DNA from: Octopus vulgaris
Taxonomy: Eukaryota
NCBI GenBank assembly: GCA_951406725.2
Contig: OX597829.1
Location: forward strand, 50,902,001 to 50,966,000
Reading direction: 5' to 3'
Length of the DNA: 64,000 nucleotides
The notes under the pieces were generated by a model. That model made no database searches. It worked only from the letters and a program-made list of their open reading frames with translations, and was not told the origin of the DNA. This document shows positions 38,102 through 51,443 of this stretch, piece by piece. The translations under genes and the position numbers were made by a program. Position 1 is the stretch's first letter. Every line of letters starts with the position of its first letter.

Positions 38102-39893
38102 TGTATATATATGTGTGTATGTGTATGTGTGTTTGCATGAGTATATTTCCAGTTCTCCACATAAACCTCCCCGAGCTGTTTGCCGTTTGTTAACCTGGGA
38201 GATTATTACCTCCCTTGGAAACAAAGGGTGAAGTTTGGGAAGAATAAGGGCATCCAGCTGTAGAAAAGTCAATCCCAACTCTCATCTTGACCAATGCAAA
38301 CATTGAAAAGTAGACATTAAAATGATGATGAGGAGAGAATAAGAGATTTGCCATGAGTGAAAAGAGAGAGACTCCTTCAGCAAGGGTGGTGGGTGATGCT
38401 TTTATAGCAAATAACAGATACAAAATGGAAGATTTGTATATGAATTCCTATATCTATAATATTTTCCTGGCTAAATTAGATCAGGCTAAACAAAAGATTT
38501 TTTAACCTGTTAGTTGGTCTGAACTGTTGATGACTCAAAATGGTCAGTAAAAGAATAGAACTTACCTACATATAACAACAGAGTCTCGTAAATTTCTTAA
38601 TAACACCAAGTACAAAGGAACTTACAGAAAAATCTGAATATCTGGCTAAGAATCCAGAAAATTATTCGCTTCAAACCAATGACAATGTTAATAACAAGAA
38701 GAATTCTTGCAAAGGTACCTCAAGTGCCAGGTAGTCAATCAGCAAAAAAAAAAAAAAACAGTTCTGTTGATGGACTTCAACTCAGTTTCCATTTACTCAT
38801 TCCACTTCACACAATGCTTCTATAAAAGTGTAGAGTAATCCGTCAGATTAACATAATGTTTGTTTTTCTGTTAACTTATAGTAAAACAATTTTAACAGCT
38901 ACCTCTGATGAGCACAGTGTTACATAATCAGAATGCTACCTGCATTCTGTTGAACCCCAAGTGCGAAACCGATTGGTAAGATTAGCAATAATGGATATAT
39001 AATATTGTACACTTTAACACACAGACATACACACACACACACACACACACAATATATAGAAGAGGTTATAATCCAGGTTGCGTCCTCGAGCAGCACATCA
39101 GCATGCCCAAATAAATCAAATGTATGTATATGGATGTTTGATTTTGAATGAAATATACACAGCATTTGAAATTTCTTGTGAATTCTATTTGCAGAGTAAT
39201 TAGATGTCAAAATAGAGAGAAGTTTCATGTATTTCTAATTATATTTAAAATGCACCAAACTTTTCCAGTCTTCAGTTTTGATATATATATATATATTGTT
39301 GGCATCCTTTTGTCTCAGGAGACAATGGAGTTGTGCATAAACTAATCCAGTCTAGTTTTTACATTTCGCTTCCTCTCCAGTTTTGCGTAGGCCTGGGCTA
39401 GATGTAAGAAAATCCTGAGTAGAACAATCGTCAGGATTCCTCTCTCAACCTTGCTGATGTAGTCCAAAGGAGTGCAGAGCATTCCATTTGGCACCAGCTT
39501 GGTTGCAGGAACTGCCAGTAGAGTGTCGAGTCGAACACTAAACCACCTACGGGGCTCCACTCCAGATTTCTTTGAAGGTTGTCTCCTTTCCGTAACCCTG
39601 GATAGGGGCCCATACCGGATACTGTCAGCCGGAGCCAGCTGAGCCTGGGACTCATGTCAGGTAGGGGCGTCACTCCCTGAAGTAGTGAAGAAAATCGCAA
39701 CCCACTACCTAGATATATATGTGTGTGTTTGTGTATATATATAAATATAAATATATATATATATTTATATATATGTATACACACCCACACACTCATGCAC
39801 ACTTACACACACTGTAACAAAGCCATAATAATAATATTTGTCTCAAGAAGGCCTCACATACATACATACAATTATATATTTATATATATATTG

Positions 39894-39935
<42 letters not shown>

Positions 39936-40146
39936 ATATATATATCTATATATATACTGTTAAAAATTACAGAAATATGCTGTAGCAAATAAAAAAACAT
40001 GGTGCAAATATGCAGAAAACCCAGGATTTCTGCATATTTGCACATCATCAAAAGTAGGAATCCACTATCAACTGCATGCATAAACAAATTTAACCACTAC
40101 TGTTATAAGAAAACAATGATTAACAAAAGTATGCTTGTATGTCAGG

Positions 40147-40293
<147 letters not shown>

Positions 40294-40789
40294 AATAGAA
40301 AAATGGAACAAAAACTCAATAGAGGGCATTAAAACATTCAGACAGATAGACAATACAAAGGCAGACAAGAGAAACAAGTATTTGAAGGACAGGCAAAAAA
40401 AACGATGTGACTCATTCTTGGCTTTCTTTCATCAGTCAAGTCCCAGAAGTCACAACAATTTCAGGCAATTACACTTGAAATGGTTCCATCTGATTGCCTC
40501 CAAAATAGTCTAAGTTAAGGGTATTGACTCCTTTGTAAGAAAGTTACCGAATGTGTACGGCAACAAATACAAAAAACAAACAAACAAGAAATGGAGTACA
40601 TGGTACAGAGTTATGAATGCAACAACAAAAAATAACAACAGGTGTCTCTTGACTGAGAATGAATAAAATTGAGCTAGTGTATATGAAGTGAAAGCCTCAA
40701 GGCAGGAACATGGGAGATGGACATAAGAGGTGTTCGCAGTCAGCAGTCAGGCCAAGAAATCCTATAGAGTAGATTTATGCAATAAAATC

Positions 40790-41375
40790 ACCATTGGTTT
40801 CAACCACGGCCTCCTGACTGGATGTTCTCCTTGCTTAAGTGGTGAATGCTGCCATTATCCTTGCTTTCAGTTCACCTTTGTTGTTACAAAGAGTTTTGTT
40901 GGTTTCTTGTTCAGCTGCGCCCCACACATAATAATCCAGTATGTTGCAGTCTGGAGAGTTAGGTGGCCAAATGTTAGGGGTGTTGTGGTCACAAAAATTG
41001 TGTTACAGCCATGACTGGGTTCTCCTGCTTGTGTGGCATGGTGCATGAAAGATCATGGCTGGCCGGACACTGGTCACATGGAAAGAGAGATTGGTAGGGG
41101 ACAGTGGGATTGAAAGATTAGGAAAAAATCAGAGACAAAGAGAAAGGTACAGGACAGATAAATGAATGGGAAATAGTGGGGGGTCGCAGTCTGGGTAGTT
41201 AGGTGGCCAAATGTTAGGGGTGTTGAGTCACAGAAATAGTCTGTCAGCCATGACTGGGTTCTCCTGCTTGTGTGGCATGGTGCAGAATCTTATTACCAGA
41301 CATAAGGTCTTCCAGCAACCACCCTCTTGACCCAGGGTGGCACTACCTCTTCCAGGCACTTAATGTAGACATCCG
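40790..41375 (-). mobile_element. Two overlapping fragments of a DD37D (maT-like) transposase
   Basis: DSAPCHTSRRTQSWL...NIWPPNSPDCNILDYYVW; D-to-D spacing is 37 when the two fragments are combined. Confidence 0.75.
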
Positions 41376-42199
41376 TGTTGAGTGAGACCATGTGTGTATA
41401 TATGTGTATATATGTGCACATATGTATGCATGAAAGACTAGTTACAAACTACAATGGCTTTCTTGCCTGGACCAACCTCACATGCATTGTCATCCAGAAT
41501 ACGTATATAAATCACTCATGTTTATCTACACACATGAAGGTGCACAGAGAAACATCACCAGAATAATCAGGAACATTTAAGAAGTTACAAGAGTTTCTAT
41601 AAATGTCAAATCAGCAGCAAGTTGTTTAAATCACTAGCAGAATTCAAGAGCCATTGTCATTCTTATTTCTAACTTTGTGATACACTTCATTTAGTCAGCT
41701 AAAGTCATTTAACTAATTTAACACATCGACAGCCATCGTGTATGAGGGGGTGCGGAATAGTTACTGGCTTCAAGTGTATTGAAAAAGGTCGGGTTGGAGG
41801 CCCAACCTTCTGAGTTCTTTTACAAGGCTTAGAGAAGTGGAAGGACTGCTGCTAGAAGTGTGTGAATCTGAGAAGGGAACACATTGGATAAAATCATAAT
41901 TAACTGATCCTCCTGTGTTTTCCTTAACCCCTTTGTATATGTATGCATGTACGGATGGATGGGTGAATGGAAGGAAGGGAGGAAGGAAAAGGAGGGAGGG
42001 AGGAAGGAAAGAAGGGAGGGAGGGAGGGAGGGAGGGCGGGAGGGAAGGAGTGAGGGAGGGAAGAAGGAAGGAAGGAAGGATGTAAACTTATAGCCTTCAG
42101 GTGGGAACTAGCAAGAAAATATTGTGTATATGTATGTTTTTAAAGTATATACAGGGTGCAGTGTATATATTGTCGTCTAATTTATGCAATCTCTAATAG

Positions 42200-42560
42200 T
42201 GGAGGGAACCTGTGGAAGAGGTAGACCTACAAAGATGTGGGACAAAGTGGTGAGAAATGATCTTCTGACGTCGAGCCTCACAGAGGAGATGACAAGGGAC
42301 AAAGACTTCCAGTGATTTGCTGTACTTGAAAAGACATGTTAACCTAAGTAAATCATGGACATGTAAAAGGCACCCAAGCTAGTGACATGTGAAAAAGCAG
42401 CGATTACACTCTGTAAAGTGATTGGCATTAGGAAGGGTATCCAGCCACAGAAACTGAGCCAAAACATATGACTGGAGTCTGGTGCAGCTTTCCTACTTAC
42501 CAGTTCCGGTCAAAGCAACTAACCCATGCCAGCATGGAAAACGGACATTTAATGATGATG
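42200..42560 (+). mobile_element. PHD-RTE family 3' end
   Basis: VEGTCGRGRPTKMWDKVVRNDL...EKTC followed by the family tail. Confidence 0.75.
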
Positions 42561-43245
42561 AAGACACACATATATATATATATATGCATGCAGGCATATA
42601 AATCTTTATTGGAATGATGGAACTTGAAGCAGATAAAGCTATAAATAACAGCACATAAATATTGGGTTAAAATACATTTTGGACAGAGAAAGTCAAAAGC
42701 AGCAATTGACTTTTTCTATCCAAAAGGATTTTCAACTCAAAATATACATGCTATTATTTATAGCTTTATTTGCTTCAAGATGCACCATTCCCCAAAAGAA
42801 TTATCCCATGATCTATTGAAACTTTCTTTCTACTCTAGGCACAATGCCTGAAATTTTGGGGGAAAGGGATTAAGTTGATTACATCCACCCCAGTACGCAG
42901 CTAACAATTCTGCCAGCTCACCGCCTTAGAATAGATATATAAATGATAACACTGCCTGACAGAATAACCTGAATTTTAAAAGGTTGAAATAAATCACATA
43001 TCTTTATGATTAAATATTCTTGTATGATTAAATACTCATATAAACAGGTGATCTAGCTTTCATAGAGAAACCTATGGTAGAATTAGTGCAAAACATTCCA
43101 AATATGAAAGCAAAACCTAGAATCGAGAGGCCTCGAAGTAAACTTATTTAAGACTAAAGTGTTCATACATAGAAAATAATATAGGAGCCTGGAACTGTCA
43201 GGGAAAGAGGCAAGCATGTTATGCAGAAAAGGAAAACTCTATATA

Positions 43246-43454
43246 TTTCTTTATTGCCCTCATGGGGCTAAACACATAGGGGACAAACAAGGAGAGACAA
43301 AGGGATTAAATTGATTACATCGACCCCAGTGCGAAACTGGTACTTTATTTATCGACCCCGAAAGGATGAAAGGCAAAGTCGACCTCGGTGGAATTTGAAC
43401 TCAGAATGTAACGACAGACTAAATACCGCTAAGCATTTCGCCCAAGGCGCTAAT
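43246..43454 (-). mobile_element. Nin/Deu-domain-like SINE
   Basis: Reverse complement of the 26315-type unit. Confidence 0.85.
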
Positions 43455-44188
43455 GTGGTAGAATCTGAGGCAGATTTGCAGAGAAAACAGGCTTTGCATA
43501 TGGCAGATGCAATATTACAATAAACAATAAAACCACACCAAAAATGAGATTCTCTTAAACACCCAACCACCTCGGAAGCAGCAGTAGACAGCTTCAGTAT
43601 TGAAGATATAGATGAAACAGAACAAGCTGACACGAAGATTCTACGTCACAAGCAGAAGATGATAAAAGGCCGTGTTCATTGGTTATATGCAGTGCTGTAG
43701 GAAGGCTGACACCCAATACTCTCTGTAAAGCAATTGGCGTTACGAAGGGCATCCAACCATAGAAATCTACATTGTACCTTGTTGAACCCATGACTACAAA
43801 GAGTAAACAGATGTTAAATGATGACAACGACGATGATGATACAGCTGTAGATTCACACTCATATTCACATACAAACATGCACAAACACACACAAACACAT
43901 ACACACACACACAATTTTTTTTGACAGTTGACAGTATGTTCTTGTATGTCTTAAAAGACCAAGAAACAGTACTCCATACACATATCAACAATGTATACAA
44001 AGAGAAGCAAACATGCCACGCGTGCACGCGCATATAGGCAGGGTCACATATATATACTTAAAGTATACATGTGTGTATATAGTTTTTGCACTGCTGTAGA
44101 AACTCGGTTGGTTTAAAAGTTGTTGATATTTATTACACATCTTCCTAGTAAATGACAACTTATATATATATATATATATGTATATATA

Positions 44189-44325
<137 letters not shown>

Positions 44326-44326
44326 C

Positions 44327-44370
<44 letters not shown>

Positions 44371-44699
44371 GTATGTATATATATATATATATATATATGT
44401 GTGTATATATAATTATACAAGTACACATACACTCCCTGAGGAAAGCGACAGACAGACAGACTGGCACATAGGCATGCAGAAGGTCAGGGTGTTGTCGCTG
44501 GCAGGCAAAAAGGGCATAATGTTTACAGAAAGGGCCCTTCCTCTCCCCAAGAATGTGTACAATTGATACACAGGAAAGTGAGCTTATTTCAGCAGAGATG
44601 AATGAGAAATATTAACAATTTATGCAAACGCTGTTGTGTTCCTATTTTTTATCTCTTTAACATCGTTTGCTTGTCTTCGTTAGCCATATATATCTCTTT

Positions 44700-44917
44700 T
44701 TACTCCTTTTACTCTTTTACTTGTTTCAGTCATTTGACTGCGGCCATGCTGGAGCACCGCCTTTAGTCGATCAAATCGACCCCGGGACTTATTCTTTTTG
44801 TAAGCCCAGTACTTATTCTATCGGTCTCTTTTGCCAAACCGCTAAGTGACGGGGATGTAAACACACCAGCATCGGTTGTCAAGCAATGCTAGGGGGACAA
44901 ACACAGCAGGCACACAA

Positions 44918-44968
<51 letters not shown>

Positions 44969-45133
44969 TACAACAGGCTTCTTTCAGTTTCCGTCTACCA
45001 AATCCACTCACAAGGCATTGGTCGGCCCGGGGCTATAGCAGAAGACACTTGCCCAAGATGCCACGCAGTGGGACTGAACCCCGGACCATGTGGTTGGTTA
45101 GCAAGCTACTTACCACACAGCCACTCCTGTGCC
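44700..45133 (-). mobile_element. Full-length CORE-like octopus SINE
   Basis: Same family as 24757-25174. Confidence 0.85.
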
Positions 45134-45861
45134 TATTTTTTTTTGCTTCCTTTTTCTCTCTCCATTAAAACTTAATCAGAATATTCATGGTTGTAGTTGG
45201 AAAGAGTGCATGAGACATAAAGATGCATATACACACACACACACACATTCACAGAAACAGTCACACGCATAAAGACATTCACACACACACACACATTCAT
45301 AAACACACATGCACACACACACACACATACACACAAGAACACATTCACAGACACAAATTCATACCCATAAAGACACGCATTCACACACACTCATACATGA
45401 GCACATACCCATAAGCACACATGTATGCATAGACATGCACACATGCACACACATGCACATACAAACACATACACATGTACTAAAACTCATACATGTGAGA
45501 GAAAGAGAGAAACAGGTGTGTGTGTATGTGTGTGTATGCATGCATGTGTGTAAGTGTGTACATGTTTCTCCCACTTCTCTCTCTCTTTTTCTCCCTCTCC
45601 TACAATCTCTAAGCATCGTCCAGTTCTGGATCACTATCCCCAGTGGTCACTTTGTCTTTCTTATTTGTACCTTCTCTTTAATGAAAGCTTTCAGTGTATA
45701 CCATCATCATCATCATCGTCATTGTATTACAGATATGACCTATTAGTTAGGGTGTAGTATATTCAAAGTGTAAGGTTTTGGTTTTGATTCCCAGACTGGG
45801 TAGCTTATTGCATTTTTCCAAGATATAAACATACAAATAATCAGTATTGAAATGAATACAC

Positions 45862-45903
<42 letters not shown>

Positions 45904-45907
<4 letters not shown>

Positions 45908-46282
45908 GTTTAGCAACGAATTGCCTTACCACAGACCGAATTTAGAAATAGCAGTCAAAGAGTTATAGCTATTTCTTCTACTACAAAGGGAGATCTCAGT
46001 AAAAAAACACAGCAATTGGAAGGCAGACACAAACAGGTACCTGTTTGTGTCTGCCTTCCAATTGCTGTGTTTTTTTACTGAGATCTCCCTTTGTAGTAGA
46101 AGAAATAGCTATAACTCTTTGACTGCTATTTCTAAATTCGGTCTGTGGTAAGGCAATTCGTTGCTAAACCCTTTATTGCTTAGTATTACTTAAATTTTCC
46201 TCGAATGAGGCTTTTACATGCCGAAGACTACTTGGTGTAATTGATAATTATTCCAAATTAATTAATTTCACCCTTCATTATT

Positions 46283-46286
<4 letters not shown>
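45904..46286. mobile_element. Spacer-less 270-bp palindrome plus extension, family of 8596-9160, in (TA)n
   Basis: Arms 45904-46038 and 46039-46173 centred on GGTACC; long arm ends TTCACCCTTCATT. Confidence 0.9.
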
Positions 46287-46320
<34 letters not shown>

Positions 46321-46321
46321 A

Positions 46322-46367
<46 letters not shown>

Positions 46368-46375
46368 GTGTATTC

Positions 46376-46407
<32 letters not shown>

Positions 46408-46409
46408 TA

Positions 46410-46461
<52 letters not shown>

Positions 46462-46516
46462 ATAAATGTGTATTCATATATATATACATATATATATATA
46501 CATATATATGTACACA

Positions 46517-47866
46517 CAGGGGTTGCACAAAATAATGGAAACACCTTAAAATTTCAAACAAATTTATTTTAATATGGGGTATACAGCTTGAATTCTATGA
46601 GGTATGGACTCGTACAAAGTTTTAATTGATTCCAAAGGAATTTTTGTCCATATTTGAGCTAAAACAGTCTCCAACTCTTGTAGTGATGATGGTGGAGGAT
46701 ATCGACTCCTTAATTGTTTTGTAGTGTGATGGAGGAAAAGGACAACAGAAAAAGAAGCAACAGGAGAAAGAAATACAAAAGACCTTACCTCGGCAAAATC
46801 AGCGGTCACTCTCACGAAGTCAACACGTCTTGTCGCTCTTCGCACTTTGCTGGAATTGACCACATGTGCTTGCTGACCACATGTGCTTCCTCCCACTCAT
46901 GCCCCTTTCACTCTTCCGCCGACCCCTGCAAGCCTTACTTCCGCCCACCTCATCTGTCATCCTCTCCACCAACACCACATAGCTCATCACAGCCCATAAC
47001 ACTGCTAACATCACATGTTTTTCTAAAATGCACCATAAATGTTCAATGATATTGAGATCTGGGGACTGTGGTGGCCAGATAAGATGTTCAACTTTACTAG
47101 AATGTTCTTAGTGTCATTCAGTAACAACTTTAGCTGTGTGAATTGGTGCATTATCATCCTGAAAGACTGTGTTTCCCTCCAGAAACACTTCCATAACCAC
47201 AGGATGAATTTCAGATAAAATGCTTGAATAGACTTAACTATTAATTCTGCCATGAAGGGAAACCATTGGGCTGGCAGATATCCAAGATATATCCCCACCC
47301 CTCATCCCCAAATCATTATAGATCTTCCTCCGTGTTTAACATTTGGAAAAAGGCAGTCTGGGCCAAATGCTTCTTTTAGCTGTCTTAACACATATATTCG
47401 GCCAGTGGTTGGAAATAGGGTAAAAGATGACTCATCTGAGAAAATAACATTCTTCCACTGCTCTAGGCGCCAATTCTGTAGGTTTTTACTCCACTCGAAA
47501 TACTTTGCAATGTTTGTTTTTAAAAGTAGTGGGTTTTTTTTATTGCAGCCCTCCCTTGAAATCTGGCTTTGAGCAGCTTCTGGCAAACAGTTTTTGTGGA
47601 AACTGGGTTCTCAAGGTGGTCATTAAGTTCTGCAGTAATTTTGGGAGCTGTACTTTTGTGATCCTTTCTAACAATTCACATAAGAGGCCAACAATCCCTA
47701 TCTGAAAGTTTGGGTCTTCTTCCAGAGTTTTGTTTCAACAAGGAGGTTTTTCCCTCTTTCTCAAAGGCTGTCATTACTTTCGAGACAGTACTTCTTGATA
47801 CACCAAACATTTCAGCTGTTTTCATTATGCTATCACCTGCCATACGAGCACCAACAATTTGACCCC
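46517..47866 (-). mobile_element. Tc1-family transposon relic with DD36E catalytic spacing
   Basis: TIR CAGGGGTTGCACAAAATAATGGAAACACC; GQIVGARMAG, VIFSDESSF, FQDDNAPIH...WPPQSPDLNIIEHLW; contains stops and frameshifts. Confidence 0.9.
46720..47015. mobile_element. Solo LTR inserted in the Tc1 transposase
   Basis: TG...CA termini and 5-bp TSD TGTTT (46715-46719 / 47016-47020); removal restores LWCILEKQLRSRYPPP. Confidence 0.85.
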
Positions 47867-48016
47867 TATGTGTGTATGTGTGTGTGTATTTGGATTTTTA
47901 AAACAGGTATTGAAAATATATATCAACAGTTGCTATTCAATACTTGAATATCAGTATATGCTTGCATGTGCATCGTGTGCACATTGCATTTATTTATGAT
48001 TTTTCTTCAATTATAA

Positions 48017-48237
48017 TCCTTTAGTGTTCAGATTATTCTGTTAAATGTAATACTTTTTCACTCAAATTGTTTTGAATTAATCATGCATTATCTTATAGCT
48101 TTGAGGTTTCAATGATTGTGGTTGTTTATTTTTAGAATGTCAATGTAGGTTTGGTGTGAGAGGCTGGATCTGGCCAGTTTGAATATAAAACATGTGGAAT
48201 ATCTGGGCCGGATATGGCCAGTTTAAACACTAAAGGG
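48017..48237. mobile_element. piggyBac-type MITE (family A)
   Basis: ATAA-TCCTTTAGTGTT...AACACTAAAGGG-TTAA; same family at 51444-51981 and in pieces at 4555-4745. Confidence 0.8.
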
Positions 48238-48829
48238 TTAAAAAAATATTTAGGATCTTTGTATGTAATGATTAGAAAAAAGACAATTAACCCCTTTTCA
48301 TACTAACCTACTTGATATTACCTTTTTATTCTATAATACAAATTTCCTGTTTTAAAATTATCTAAATCAAGAACTTACATCAAAATTTCATGCTGATTTT
48401 GTGTCTCAAATATCAGTTTGATAATGACAAAGTTATTTTACTAAATTTTTCATTCTTTTCAAAATTAGATTAATCAAAGTCAGTGTGTTTCAATAGAAAT
48501 AAGGCAACAGAAAGGCCAACATGAATATTTTATGCATCTTGTTCTTTGCCTTAGGCTTAAAAGTCAAAATTATCACTCAACCATGATTTATGATTTATTT
48601 AAAAGTGATTATCTCCCGCAAGGCACCTTGTGTTATAATCTATTATAGTAATAAATACAACTGTCATAATAGTTATAATAATGATAAAGAGATTTAGAAT
48701 ACTTGGGGGATGTTTATAATAACTACGAATTATGGTAATGTTAGTGTTGATGGAGTGGCTGATGCATAGAGCAATTCTGTTGAAAATGTTATGAATTATG
48801 TAACCTACAATGTTCTCATTGAGACATTA

Positions 48830-49220
48830 ACTAAATTATGTAATTTTAAGAATAAATGTGAATGCCCACTAGGAAATAAATGTTTAACCAAAAACATTAA
48901 ATTTAATGATAAAACTGATCCAGATACTTTTAGTTACATAGGTTCCACTTTTTTCATTTTAAAACTGAGATAAAATAATTCTCTTTATAGATTTAGAAGG
49001 AGGGATAAAATGAAAAATAACATCACTCTTCACAAAGGCCTTGGACTTAAGGAATGAAAACGCTGATTGTCATCTATCATGGAGCATTGCTAGACACATT
49101 AAGTCTTATAATAGTGATAGATATGGTTGCAATTTCTGCTGTTTGGAATTGTTGGAAACCTTAAAATGCTCAGGTGATACTATTAATAGATCAGATGAAT
49201 TAAGGATCACATAGTCTCAT
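48830..49220 (+). pseudogene. Degenerate Penelope-like GIY-YIG endonuclease domain
   Basis: CNFKNKCECPLGNKCLTKNI...SYIGST...LKLR, then LSWSIARHIKSYNSDRYGCNFCCLELLETLKCSGDTINRSDEL. Confidence 0.75.
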
Positions 49221-49716
49221 TCTGTTTGTAGAACTCTCTTATACCTTATACCAATTCTATAACATCTAAATACAAGCACTAAATACATTTACCTTAATTA
49301 CTGGAAATAGAATTCATGGATTATATTTAGGTAATCAATCATATCTTAATGTTATCAATACAGATAACTGATTATATTTAAGTTATGTTTGCCTATACTT
49401 AGTCATAGTAACAAACACTGATGGCTATAATTTTATTTAATTTACTTTTTATATAATTTAATTCAATAACTTTATTGAATTTGCTTCAAGCCTTAGATAA
49501 TATCTTTGTTCTCTTAGTTATGACCGTTATAATTTTTTTTAAACACTTTCTTAATATTCCCCATAATTTAAAATTATTTTAGTAGTGATCTAACCCCTCT
49601 ACTGAACTTTATTTAATTCATTTGCATTATTCTCAATGATATTGTAAAAATATTTATTAAAGAGAAACGTTGGTGTTCATAATCTTTCATTTTCCTATTT
49701 TATTTTTTATTGAGAA

Positions 49717-50118
49717 CTAGCAGTATCACCTGGCGTTGCTCGGGTTTGTACGGGAAATAACTATATAAGCATTTTTAGAGAATTATAGCAAAAAAATAGC
49801 AAAAAAATGCATTAAAAATGGAAAAAAAAATGATGGTAAATTTTTTTTTTAAATCGTTGACTCATCGTAGACATTTTTAGAGAGTTACTTCCCTTATATA
49901 ATAGCAAAAAATGCATTAAAATGGAAAAAAATGATGGTAAATTTTTTTTTAAATCGTAGACTCATCATAGATGCGCGCTAATACCCAGAAGGGCTCGATA
50001 TGAATCACGACTATAAGATACCCGGTTTTGGTTAAACTGCACCGCAAAATGTGGGAGTAGTTAGGAATCTAAATCGTAGGAGACAGACAGCACACAACCT
50101 CACTTTTATATATAAAGA
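49717..50118 (-). mobile_element. Non-autonomous Helitron
   Basis: Minus strand 5' TCTTTATATATAAAAG, 3' CCCGAGCAACGCCAGG hairpin and CTAG, inserted between A and T with no TSD. Confidence 0.8.
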
Positions 50119-50566
50119 TATCAGATCTTTTTTCCTTCTCTATTCTTTTCAGCCTTTCAACTTGTAACTTTCTTAAATCTATATAACTGATCTCTCAAAA
50201 GTTCCATATTTAACTAACATACATTCATAAATTTATAGAGTTGTCTTTATGTTGTCACTGATTACTGCCTAAGCTACTTTCATTAGTCTTGTGTACACAT
50301 CTGTTTGTTTATGCCAATGTCATCTTCCAATCAATGTGTTGACCATTTTTCTATTAGATTTGTTTTATTCTGTTTATTGTTTAGTTTTTATAAGTTATGA
50401 TTATTGGCACAGATTATGGCTCTCTCTATACATAAATTATTGTTTTTTTCCTTTCTCTCCTCGTTTTCCTTCTCTCTCCTCTGAAATTTCACAGAGACTT
50501 TCACTGTTCCCTGCATTTTTCCTTAAGTTATTTTCTGCGAATTATAATTAGTTGATTCTCCATTAA

Positions 50567-50786
50567 CCCTTTCATTACCAACCCGGCTGAAACCAGCTCT
50601 GGCTCTGAGTAAAAATGTCTTGTTTTCATAGGTTTTGAATTAAAATCTTCCACCAAACCTTAGTCACAATTTATGTTCTTAACACTAGCTTAATGATAAC
50701 TAAGTTATTTTACTAAATTCTTTGTTATATTTAAAATAATTGAGAGAAACTAAGGGCATCTAAAAATAAATACAGTAACAAAAGGG
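50567..50786. mobile_element. piggyBac-type MITE (family B); degenerate relative at about 48291-48520
   Basis: TTAA-CCCTTTCATTAC...GTAACAAAAGGG-TTAA. Confidence 0.85.
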
Positions 50787-51001
50787 TTAATTAGAGCTAA
50801 TACTCAATCAGTACCACAATTATTAATCAGAGTACTTTGATTCAGATTAATTAAATAAATGAATAAGTAACATTGGAACTTATAAACAATGTCACACCTC
50901 AAATTACCAAGCAATATAACAATAAATGGAGGGTTTTTTTAGAACAACATCAGTAACTGTCTTCTAATATGTTTTGAAAGGTCAAATGTCATACCGGTAT
51001 C

Positions 51002-51404
51002 TCTTTTCTCTTTTTTCTCTCTTACTCGTTTCAGTCATTTGACTGCGGCCATGCTGGAGCACAGCCTTTAGTCGAGCAAATCGACCCCGGGACTTATTCT
51101 TTGTAAGCCCAGTACTTATTCTATCGGTCTCTTTTGCCGAACCTCTAAGTGACGGGGACGTAAACACACCAGCATCGGTTGTCAAGCAATGCTAGGGGGA
51201 CAAACACAGACACACGAACATAAACACACACATACATATATATACATATATACGACAGGCTTCTTTCAGTTTCCGTTTACCAAATCCACTCACAAGGCAT
51301 TGGTCGGCCCAGGGCTATAGCAGAAGACACTTGCCCAAGATGCCACGCAGTGGGACTGAACCCGGAACCATGTGGTTGGTTAACAAGCTACTTACCACAC
51401 AGCC
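51002..51404 (-). mobile_element. Near-full-length CORE-like octopus SINE
   Basis: Same family as 24757-25174. Confidence 0.85.
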
Positions 51405-51443
51405 GTCAATACAAGCCTTTATGAACGAAGCTGTTAAGTTTAA

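Noticed and set aside
40400-40500. Hammerhead on the minus strand (CTGATGA at about 40429-40435)
   Set aside because: No stem II followed by GAAA and NUH with a compatible stem I could be assembled.
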